Source of the DNA: Octopus sinensis
Taxonomy: Eukaryota
NCBI RefSeq assembly: GCF_006345805.1
Contig: NC_042999.1
Span: 37,014,001-37,078,000, forward strand
Reading direction: 5' to 3'
Length of the DNA stretch: 64,000 nucleotides
Of the stretch, positions 25,831-37,200 are shown one piece after another. The notes below the pieces were generated by a model, which was not told the origin of the DNA, searched no databases, and saw only the letters and a program-made list of their open reading frames with translations. Both the position numbers and the translations under genes were made by a program. Each line of letters starts with the position of its first letter. Position 1 is the first letter of the stretch.

Positions 25831-27449
25831 AGTGGGACGTCAGAGACTTGACTACCAAGCGGGTCCCATTGCACTGTTTAGGCGGATAAAGTGTGCACTC
25901 TTTATCCCATTTTAGTTTTAATGAATGATTGTGTAAAATTTTCTTAACAATAGGATATATTGTAAGTCTACACGCATACACACACAAACACACACTTGGT
26001 GTTGTTGTTGTGATATGTGTACTCTTTATCCCATTTGAGTTGTTGCTTTGAGGTGTTCCATAAATTGGATGGTGGGTTTTTTTTGAGGTATAGATTAAAG
26101 CAGTGATTTATTTCTGGTATCATTATATCATTGAAGATTTTATGGCAGGAGATAAGTTTCGGTGAGGATTATCCTTTGTTTTGTGTCACAGAGTTGTCAA
26201 TGATCTATCAGCTGTTAAGGTACAGTGTTTGGTAAATTCCATAAAAAATTTTAATTTGTTTTTTGATGTGGAAATGTACATTTCGTTTGATGTCAGCATA
26301 AAGTGAAAAAGAGAGAAAATGACAGGGACGTGTGTATATGTTGATGGTGAGTGCGAGATAGAAAGTGTGTGTTTGAGAGAGAGAGGTGTGTGCGTGAGGG
26401 AGAGAGTGACAGGATACATTTTTTAATTTATTTTTCCTTGCATCTTGAGTGAGTGATTGACAGAGAGAGACTGATAGTGTAATGCCCTTCTTTCTCTATC
26501 AGTCAAACACTAAAAACAGATGTGAGAAAAAATAAATTAAATTTACACTATCTCTCACACAATAACACCCTTTTTCTCACTTTCCAATAACACACACCTC
26601 TCAGTCAATCACTCACACACTCACTCAAGAAAGATGTGAGCAAAAATAAATTTTAAAAACGTATGCTGTTACTCTTTCCCACACACAGCGTATATTTTAA
26701 AAATTTATTTCTCCTCGCATTTTTTTGAGTGAGTGTGTAAGTGATTGAATGAGAGAAAGAGGTGTGTGTTGTTGGAAAAAGAGAGAGAGGAAGTGTGTGT
26801 GTGTGTGTGTGAGAGAGAGATAGTGTAAATTTTATTTTACTTTAACTCACGTCTTTTTTTAGTGTTTGACAGAGAGAGGGAAAGAGGGGGGCGTTTCGCT
26901 ATCACTTTCTTTCAGTCGCAATGAAAAATAAATTTTACAAATGTACGCTGTCACTCTCTCTCTCACACACATCGACACACCTCTTCGCCATGGAAGGAGG
27001 GGACTTAACTCATGTTAGCAAACTTACAGATTTCACCAACGTTCAAAATTGGTAAAAGTTACGGTTGAAAATCGATTTTTACTGCTATCTGCGGGTGTCT
27101 CGGGGGAAAAATAAGTTGACAAAAGCACAGCCATGGCCGTGACGAATGTCCTCCTAAAATTGGAGCGACATGTGTGCTGATCTGTGGACGTGCATAAATT
27201 ACATTCACATGCGCACACACACATCCTGCATTTTATAGATATAGATGATCACAGGAAATCTGTAACTGCCAGTATTCTTTATTTCATGAATTATTTCACT
27301 CTGGAGAGCTTACCTGACACTTGTTACCACCCTTCTTGATTTGTGTTAAAAGAATTGGTTTGGACTTACAATATCAAGTAGGAAACATGTTTAAATTTAC
27401 AAAATAACCAACCTATACTAGCAGTTAGGTGATATAAACATCAGAGATG

Positions 27450-29335
27450 CTTTGCCCCATACAGAAACTGCAGGAGCTACTCAGAGGTTTTAGGTATCTC
27501 GGGGTCACAAGTATTTCACTTCTTAGCCTGAGTGAGATAATGAGGACTGAACTGGTCTCCTCCTATGGGAGGGTCCCACTTGCAGTCTCTTATCAGCCTT
27601 ACGGTGGAGGCGCACGGCTTAGTGGTTAAAGTGTTGGACTCATGATTGTAAGATTGTGGTTTTCATACCTGGATCAAGTGATGCGTTGTGTTCTTGAGCA
27701 AAACACTTCATTTTATGTTGCTCCAGTCTGCTCAGTTGTAGAAATCAATACCACTAGTGGAGGCATGTTGCTTAGTAGTTAGGGTGTTGGATTCATGGTT
27801 TTGATCCCTGGACCCGGCAATATGTTGTGTTCTTGAGCAAAACACTTCATTTCATGTTGCTCTAGTCCACTTAGCTGTAGAAATGAGTTTAGCCTGGAGA
27901 GGGATGGGCTCCCCTAGGCTTTCTTGCCCAAGATACACTGCATGCCCCCTCCCCCCACGACCCTTAAGGGACTTTTCAAAAATCAACCTTAATCCCCTTG
28001 AGCTACTTTCAGCTGCTGTGCCTATATCCTTGATGGATTTCTTCAGTTGTCTGGGTACCAGACCTATCTTCTGCAGGAAATAGCACAATGATTTAGCTGG
28101 ACAGCTGCAGCAACCAACTTCAATGGGGAATAAATCTGCATATATCACCCATTGATAAGGACCTTGATATTTCGTTGTTCTTTACCTAGTGAGAGATATC
28201 GAATCTGTGTGATTCGATATCCCTCAACACGTAAAGAACACTGAGTTTAACCACAATGATTATTTTTGTATTCCTAGAGAGCGGGAACCTGTCTAGTTTG
28301 AGTGGTGTTAACACAATCTCCTGGAAAGACAAGTTTGCCCTTCAGATCCATTTGCATCTCACAGTCTGCGGCTGAATACAAAATAGAAAATTTGTCCCCC
28401 TACCATTGCGTTTGCTTTTGGAACTGGTCTTTATTAGCCTTCACTCTTTGCAGATCAGTCCATTTGGCAATTTCTGCAAGCACGTCATATCTCCACATCT
28501 TTACTTGTATTGGTCTTCTCCCAGTACCCAAGGGTATCTGGTCAAAATACGATTCAGAGTGCATAGTTGTTCTGCACTGCTTGCAGGATGGATATCTTTC
28601 TTTGCTCCTTATTTAAAGGTTATTTGGGGTTGGCAAGAGATTAGTAACAGCATGAAGGAAGAAGGGTAATCTTCCAAGACAGTGGGCACAGAAGTGCCTG
28701 GTCCACTGTATCTATTGACCTTGGTGGGTAAATTACAATAAAAAAAAAAAAAATTAGGGGGAGGGGAAACAAAACATCGGAAGTAGGTGGGGTTATGAAT
28801 CTGTGTGATTCGATATCTCTCACCAGGTAAAGAACACTGAGTTTAACCACAATGATTATTTTTGTATTCCTAGAGAGCGGGAACCTGTCTAGTTTGAGTG
28901 GTGTTAACACAATCTCCTGGAAAGACAAGTTTGCCCTTCAGATCCATTTGCATCTCACAGTCTGCGGCTGAATACAAAATAGAAAATTTGTCCCCCTACC
29001 ATTGCGTTTGCTTTTGGAACTGGTCTTTATTAGCCTTCACTCTTTGCAGATCAGTCCATTTGGCAATTTCTGCAAGCACGTCATATCTCCACATCTTTAC
29101 TTGTATTGGTCTTCTCCCAGTACCCAAGGGTATCTGGTCAAAATACGATTCAGAGTGCATAGTTGTTCTGCACTGCTTGCAGGATGGATATCTTTCTTTG
29201 CTCCTTATTTAAAGGTTATTTGGGGTTGGCAAGAGATTAGTAACAGCATGAAGGAAGAAGGGTAATCTTCCAAGACAGTGGGCACAGAAGTGCCTGGTCC
29301 CACTGTATCTATTGACCTTGGTGGGTAAATTACAA
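27450..29335 (-). mobile_element. Decayed RLE-type (Hero/R4-like) non-LTR retrotransposon 3' region, partly tandem-duplicated and interrupted by SINE heads at 27603-27880
   Basis: Frameshifted translation QGQ*IQW, LSW, FLHAVTNLLPTPNNL, SCKQC..CTLNRILT..PWVLGE, DVLAEIA, DLKGKLVF-QEIVLT.LK.D...KIIIVVKLSV, TKY, LFPIEVGC..PAKSL..L.KIGL...KSIKDIGTAAESSSR, matching the CCHC knuckle + PD-(D/E)xK endonuclease region from recall. Confidence 0.72.
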
Positions 29336-29475
29336 TAAAAAAAAAAAAATTAGGGGGAGGGGAAACAAAACATCGGAAGTAGGTGGGGTTATGAATCTGT
29401 GTGATTCGATATCTCTCACCAGGTAAAGAACACTGAGTTTAACCACAATGATTATTTTTGTATTCCTGGAGAGCA
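28201..29475. repeat. Near-identical 596 bp tandem duplication (2 full copies + ~80 bp)
   Basis: Units start at 28201, 28797 and 29393 (GAATCTGTGTGATTCGATATC); identical ORF pairs offset by 596 in the ORF track. Confidence 0.95.
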
Positions 29476-29544
29476 GGAATACAAGAGCAGTTTGCTTCAG
29501 TACATGGTATATTATGAATATTACTAATATTTCTGAATTCTAGA

Positions 29545-30398
29545 ATATACATTCAGATTTCTCATTCATGTTACTGTGTCAAGTGTAATGCTTTTTTATT
29601 CACATTGTTTATGGCTTTGTGATTTCAGTGATATAATTGTATATCTTAAAAATAAAATAGGGTAGGTGTGAGAGGCCAGATATGGCTAGCTTTAACATAG
29701 AACAGGTAGAATATTTGAGTTGGTTATGGCTGGTTTGAATGCTAAAGGCTTACACTGGCAGTGTCTGTCTGGCCCAAATATTCCAATTCTTTTATGTTGA
29801 ACTGGCTAGATCTGACCTCTTACATCTACCCTACAATGTTATTCTAAAAGTAAATAGTCACATCATTGAAACCAATGTGAATATATAAGCATTACATCAT
29901 CATCATCATCGTTTTCCGTGCTAGCACGGGTTGGACGGTTTGATCGGAGTCTGGCAAGCCAAGAGACTGCACCAGGCTCCAGTCTAATCTAGCAGTGTTT
30001 CTACAGCTGGATGCTCTTCCTAACGCCAACCACTCCGTGAGTGTAGTGGGTGCTTTTTACATGCCAGGGGAGGCTGGCAGCGGCCACGATTGGTTGGTGT
30101 CTTTTACGTGCCACCGGCACAGAAGCCAGTCAAGGCGGGGCTGGCATCGGCCACGTTTGGATGGTGCTTCTTACGTGCCACCGGCACATGTATCACAACT
30201 ACAACTTCCATTTGATATTTATTTTGATGTTGATGTACTTGACTCAATAGGCCTCCTCAAGCACAGTAGGTCATCCTACGATCCAAGGTAAGCACAGCAG
30301 GTCATTCTGCAATCCAAGGTACTTTGGATGGGCTGGGGCTATGCGAAACTGGTGCAGGAAACAGCCATGAGATAGTAATCTGAATGTTAAAGGGCTAA
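29545..30398. mobile_element. Two piggyBac-type MITE remnants, the second interrupted by an RTE 3' fragment (29895-30368, - strand)
   Basis: GAATGCTAAAGG ends at ~29750 and ~30395; the MITE appears to resume as AGTAATCTGAATGTTAAAGGG after the RTE. Confidence 0.6.
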
Positions 30399-30567
30399 GG
30401 AAGAAGGAAGGAAAAGCAGGGCCAGTTACATCTATTCTTAATCATGATAGAATATCAGTTGTTGACATGATAGTAGTAGATACTAATTAAAGTAGATTGG
30501 ATAGCTGTTAAATTTGGTTTAGATAAGCAAGAAGGAAAATTCCAACAGGTTCGTAATGAAAATAACA

Positions 30568-30573
30568 TTTTAT
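30568..30573 (-). terminator. Candidate GPR180 polyadenylation signal (AATAAA on - strand); a second lies near 30629-30634
   Basis: TTTATT on + strand about 500 bp past the stop; motif only. Confidence 0.3.
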
Positions 30574-31069
30574 TTCATTTAAAAAAACAAACTTCCATTT
30601 CAGATGAAATGTGAAATTTTAGTAACAATTTATTACAGACAAGAGAGAATTCTGCAGGCACGGATATTTTCAATTGCTCCTTGAAAAGGTAGGACACAGT
30701 ATGATTTTTCAGTGAAGTAATGGTTTGCATTTTCATAAATATTTTTTTTTTATTCTGAGTGATGAGGTTAGAAAAAGAGATGTTTATAGAGCCAAAATAA
30801 ATTTCATTAAGAGATGAGATCTAGAAATGATGTATAATTAACTGAGAAGTATGTATTAAGGTCCATATTTGCTACACATTGATATGTATCAATACAGTTG
30901 TAGATGCAAGGAGAGATATTGATGGACAGAAATTTTGTTATTTTATGCTGTGTTGATTAACTCTGGCACACACATACACATCCTCACATATTTACAAGAA
31001 TTCTCAATCATTCATAACACTTTTTTTTTTCATGTGATCCCCTAATCTTTGGTGGCCTAAATGCAAACA

Positions 31070-31225
31070 TCAAGAATGAATCTTTAACGTGAAGTGTTTA
31101 TCAATCCGAAGAGGTAGGGAACTTGAGAGTGCTGAAACTTCCCAGTAGAGACTTCGTGACATGAATAATTGGTAAAGGATGATTACAGCAGCAGATTGGC
31201 ACAGCACTACTCCCATCGTTAGAAC
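31070..31225 (-). CDS. GPR180: GPR180 exon 9: VLTMGVVLCQSAAVIILYQLFMSRSLYWEVSALSSSLPLRIDKHFTLKIHS*
   Basis: CTCTAG acceptor; TGA at 31072-31070; 156 bp. Confidence 0.95.
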   Translation of the reverse strand, partial: VLTMGVVLCQSAAVIILYQLFMSRSLYWEVSALSSSLPLRIDKHFTLKIHS

Positions 31226-34200
31226 CTAGAGAAAGAACAATCAAAAACATGTATAACGAAAGTACAGAATTGATGATATGGCAATTATAAAGATTACTAA
31301 CAAGAAAGGTCTCTAATTATAGTGGATTTATTTAATGGCTTAGTGTGTATGTATATATATACCGGAGTAAACACATAAATGTGAAACAAGGTGGAAAAAA
31401 GAGTACTCAAATACCAGTGGTAGAGTAATATGCTTTATTTAAATAAAGATTAATCAGCCGAAATTGCTAGGATGATCCAGTTCTTGACTGAAGATTGAAG
31501 GCTTCGAATGTCCCGTCCGTGTTTTTTGTATCGTCTTTTAAATGTTTTACATTCTTGTCCCAGTTTGTATTTTTCTACATATAATATATATATATATATA
31601 TACACTGTCAAGCTTATCTTTGAGTCTCAATACGCAGTTACTCTTTTCTTTTCTTACTCTCATTGTTCTGTACTGCTAATGTGACTAAGGATGATAGATC
31701 TCTTTTGTTCACCATACATTGCTTCCAGTGTAACCAGGAATGCCATGATAGATCAGTAGCCACTACACACATTTTTTTTCTCTCGTTTTTTTCTGTGTCC
31801 CTTTCTGTAGAAGAGTGTAGGTTCGAAACGTAAAAGACTTTTTCTATTCCTGAGTGTTATACTAGAACATCTGTTTGTTTTGTACACCACCTGTCTTCGT
31901 CTTTTGTTTTTTTCATGAACTTTCCCTATACACACACACACACATACATAAGGATAAGCATATTAAAAGGGGTGCATGGGAAAACTGATTTAAGTAAATG
32001 GGTTGGAAACCATTGTTAGTTAGTTAATTTTTTGGCTCAAACAGCAAAAAGCAAGGCCATGTAGGGGGACATGGAGTTATGTACAAGGTGGTGTTCATGT
32101 AAAGAGTTCAGGCCACTTGGTTTAACATGATAGTGGAACATAAACAGGTGTCTTGAAGTGGGAAATACATGGCTACCCCAGTTGGACAAGAAAAGACGGT
32201 GGTGAAGATGTTATCAGGCCATATCCTCAAGTTAACAGGAAGGTGAATATAAGTGGTATGGAGAAGTAAACTTGGAAGAGTGTGAAAGGAGCATGGTGGA
32301 TGGACAGAGATGGGGACGGAGGGAAATGTAGCAAGTGGTGAGCAATGAAATTTTGAATACATGTGTGTAATAAAGAGATGTAACTAGTAATATTTGTGAA
32401 GCTATGGTATTCTTTTACTTGTTTCAGTCACATTAAACTGCAGCCATGCTGGAGCACTGCCTTGATGGACTTTTTTTTTTAAACAAATAAGCCCCAGGAC
32501 TTATTCTATTGGTTTCTTTTGCCAAACCACTAGGTTACAGGGACGAATACACACCAGTTGACGGGGACACACACACATGTACATACAACAGCTTCTTTCG
32601 GCTTCCGTCTACCAAATCCACTCACAAGGCAAATGCGAAGCCGTATTGGCCTTTGCCTTTCCCTCGGATAACATTAGTGGTATGGAGAAGAGAGGCCGCT
32701 ATGCATGGGCGACTGCTGGCCTTCCATAAACAACCTTGCCCGGACTTGTGCCTCAGAGGGGAACTTTCTAGGTGAAATTCCATGGACGTTCATGACCAAA
32801 GGGGGTCTTTACCCATACCATCATGCAAGCATGGGAAAACATGTCAGATGACGATGACCCTATGCTGGTATTACAGTTTGTTTCTGAACCATACTTTTTC
32901 AGGCTCAATCTCACTGCTACAATACCTTGAGCAAGTGTAGTCCAGGACCAAAGTTTAGTCCATCTGTGCAAATTTTTATAAGCTGTGTACATTATATGAA
33001 AAAGTGCTGAGCTACAAGTGATGAAAGTTAATATTTTCTTGTCAACAAATTACCTTCTGGCTCTGGACTTCTGAAGTTGAGTAGAATAAGAGATTTATTA
33101 CTTGATAAAACAGTTAAGGGTTTGTGACAGGAAGGGCATCAAGTTGTAAAGCAACACCATAATAATATATTCATTTGACCTATGCTAACATGGAAGAAAA
33201 GAGACTTAAAAGCAGTGAACAAATGAATGAACAAACACTTGCTCTACAACATAAGTGAAGAGAAGCAACAAATAAATACCTTATATCGAAGATATTCTGT
33301 TAGCATCCAAGAGAAGAGTACCAAAACTGGATAACACAGGAACCAAAGCATGCAAGACTAGGAGGAAAAGACAAAAACAAAACATAAATAACATTTTATT
33401 CAGTTCTAAAAATTGATGTAGATCTTACACAATCACCCTATTCCTTGACTCATTTGGCTTAATGTCTATCCAAATATTTGCTAAACCATAAGAAATTACT
33501 TTTCTATAATCATTATAACTCCAAGCTTTGTCTTTATTTCATTATTAGAAAACCTCTCTGTTAAAACACTTCTCTTAGTTTTATATTCCTTTCCAGATTA
33601 GCTGTGCATATTTAAGCTACTATACCTCACCCATCTAGCATCATACTTCTGTTGTTGGGTAGAAGGGGCAGATTTTTTTTTAAAGCTAACAAATCAAGTG
33701 ATCCCCTAAATTCATTCAAATTATCAGTACTTCTAGAATGTGGATTAAAACAATGAATTGAAATAATAGTATGACAGAAACACAAGGTTTCACAATTTGC
33801 AAGAGAGAAATAGTTGATTATATTGCATCCAGTATTTTACTGGTACTTAATTTTATCAGTCTTAGAAAGATGAAAGGCAGAGTTGACTGTGACAAGATGT
33901 GAAACAATTGGGAAGGAGGGAAGAATATATCCCTTAAATTGGAGACCTGGCAACTGAGTGGATGCTACCAAAGACAACTAAAGTACCCAGTGGTGATCAG
34001 GTTAAATCAGGCAACAAATTAAGCCTATCCCTCATGTAGGCCATGCCAGGATTTGAACTCAGAACAGAAAAATTCAAGGACAAATACCGCATGGTATTCA
34101 GCCTGATCTTACAGTTCTGCCAATCTATAACACTGGAATGATATTTTTATTACCGACTCTGACACGATGGGATTTGAACTTAAAGGGAAGGGAATTGAAA

Positions 34201-37200
34201 TGAATACTGCAAGGCATTCTACCCTGCACTCTAACAATACTACCCACTGGCCACCTGCTTAAGTTACTATGACATACCTATTAATTTTCGTGTTTTTTAT
34301 CTTTCATTTACTAGTTTTAGTCATTGGATTGTGCCCATGCTGGGGCACTGCCTTGAATTGATCTCAAGTACTTATTCTGCTATTCTCTTTCTGCCAAACT
34401 GCTAGATTACAAGAATGTAAACAAACCAACATCACTTAACACACAGATACACATATGTATATATGCATATATATGATGGGCTCTCTTGTCGAAAATGATG
34501 TATGCACATTCAGCTTTTTGCTGAATGACCTGCACAAATGATTTGTTTATAGTGATTAAATGTTCATGCGCATTAGCTCACTCACTCCATCAAATCGACA
34601 TTGTCTGAATAGGTGCACCATGTGTCAGGTGTTGAAGTTACCGCAGAGCAATATGAAACGAAGTGTTTTGCTCAAGAACACAATGCACCATCCAATCTAG
34701 GAATTGAAATCATGAGAGCCCTAACCACTAGGCCATGCGCCCTCACATTATACTTCTGTGTGTGTAAATATATACATGATAGATCGTTAGCCACTACACG
34801 CATTCTTTTCTCTCCTTGTTTTTTTCTGTGTATCTTTCTGTCGAAGAGCGTAGGCTCGAAACGTAAAAGACTTTTTCTATTCCTGAGCGCTATACTAATA
34901 CATTTGTTTGTTTGTACTCCACCTGCCTTCGTCTTTTGTTTATTTTTGTACACTTTCCCTTTATATATATAAGTGGTTTTAGAGACAGAACCACCTTCAA
35001 CTCAATCAACACTGAAAGATTTTATACCTGACCACTCTATAAAATGTTAAATATTAAATCTTATACAAACTATATCTATTCTGAATCCTGTATTTTCCGT
35101 TTATAAGACTACACATGTTTCATGAAAGTACTTCGGTATTGATTAGATACGAGGTATCTAGTTTCAATACTTACTCGGGTTGACATATTCCCAATCTTCA
35201 GGTCTGGATTCCTCAACATTTTTCACTACCCCTACCTCTTATATACCTCCATGATACTCTATATCTTCAATATAATCTTACTTAACATGTACAAATGAAT
35301 AGAAATACAAATGATAATTGAATATACACACACACACACATATATTTACACATGACAAGTTTCTTTCAGTTTCTGTCTACGAAATCCACTCACAAGGCTT
35401 TGTTCATCATGTACAAGTGCATGTTTATTCCTCATTATTTCATTTGATTTATTCATTTTTAGGAAAATTGAAGCATGCTTTGACAAACCTGGAGCCTATT
35501 GAACTTAATTTGTGTATGACTTTTGGACAACCCTGTATATTTGTCATGTCATATTCTTAATGATAATACAAAAGCCTGTACTTACTTTGGTGAATGTTGC
35601 ATAAAACTCTCTTTTTAAAGCACTTCTTTCTGATTTGACAGTAGCACGGAGATTCCAAGCAAATATGGCTGCCAGCAAAATACGAAGAAATACAAGTCCT
35701 ATACCTGCATTTGTACGATGGGCGTAGTACATCCGGTGCTCCTTATCTAAATATTGCTCCCAAATATATAATATTGACTAGAGATACAAAGGAAACAAAA
35801 AAATACACATTACAGCAAAATTACTTCTTTTTCAGAAAATAATGAAAAGTTAAAAGATATTAATGATGGAAAGAAAGGGGAGAATTTTTAACGAAGACTC
35901 AAGATCACTTGTAGCAGCTATTATATATATATATTACTGCACATTAACCCAGAGTTTCTACCTTTGAATAAGTCGCTACATCCTTGTTACTTGCGTGAAT
36001 TTTGCTACCCTGGTAACTGTTTATTGAATTTTCCGTGTTAACGGTAAACAAAGGGTAATTCATTCATCCATTTATATATATATATATACACATGTATACA
36101 CACACACACACACACACACATATATGTATATATATACATACACATATATATATGTATATATATATATACATACACACACACACATATATATTGGACATAT
36201 TTATAAAGTCAGAAAACAGCACAGCTCCCATGACTTTAGGAAACATTTTTTTCACGCTGAGAGTTGCTGAAGCATGGAACAAACTGCCAGCATCAGTTGT
36301 TAGTTTATTGGAGCACTGCATCCTTCAAAACTTCCATGCTTTCTGAGACTCGCTAACACTACACCTGATTTTCTCCCCTCCATACACACACAAGCATGTA
36401 TCTGACTCAAACATTGTTCGCTTTCCAGACATTTGTACATTACTGCATATACTCTATACGCACTTTCTGACAAGTTGTGGTGCACCTGAGCACTGTATAC
36501 AATAATTTCATTATTATTATTATATAATATTTGAGTAAAAACTTTGTGGGATGCTGTGTATAGCTTGTCTACAATTTTTGGTGACTTGATGCCATTAACT
36601 GTAAAAATGCACATGCTACTGGATTTACTTCAAGAATTCCTTGGTGTCCATAGACTTTATATAAATATTCAGAAAATGGAATTTGTCAGATTTTTTACTA
36701 AAATCCACTACAATTGTTTCAACTCGTTCTGCACCTGTAGCTCATAGGTGAGATGCCGCAATCATTTTGCATCGCAGGTGTAGAATGCATCTTCTCAGGT
36801 GAATTTTTAAACAAACACCTTGCTATTTCTCCACACTATTTTACTTAGCCATATGAAAATGTATATCTGGGTAGTTGCTGCATTCTAGCAGTTCTCAGGA
36901 GAAACTGAGAGACAGGATACACTTATGGTCAAAAAATAAAATACTAATAAGAAAACTAATGAATAAAAGCATAAAACATACGAGATCAAAATAAAACTGA
37001 ACATACATAGATAGGACATACATGCAATCAAAACAAAGATATAAACAAATAAGTAGACATAAAAAAAAATGTATCAAAAAAGCATCTTTATGCAGAGGCT
37101 ATCTTTGCAATGACTTCACTTTGTAGTTTTTTTAGCCCTAGGTCAGCCATGGTTGAGTAGACCTATGTTCAAAGCTGTCCCAGCTATGACCAGGAGTGAC

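Larger units (their letters stand above)
23257..27245 (-). mobile_element. Composite non-autonomous Helitron (~4 kb)
   Basis: On - strand: A^TCTATATCTATAAAA 5' end at 27245; CCCAGGCAACGCCGAG hairpin + 8 nt + CTAG^T 3' end at 23257; insertion between A and T; RepHel helicase fragment inside. Confidence 0.75.

Noticed and set aside
28201-29475. Direct repeats as CRISPR or LTRs
   Set aside because: Contiguous 596 bp units with no spacers, no TG..CA/PBS/PPT, and a eukaryotic context.
31455-31520. CAGCCGAAA and CTGAAGA motifs close together
   Set aside because: Wrong order and spacing for a hammerhead; kept only as a weak Penelope-like remnant.
35161-35210. CTGAAGA followed by a TTGGG/CCCGA stem on - strand (hammerhead candidate)
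   Set aside because: The stem is followed by GTAA rather than GAAA, and no stem I partner was found.
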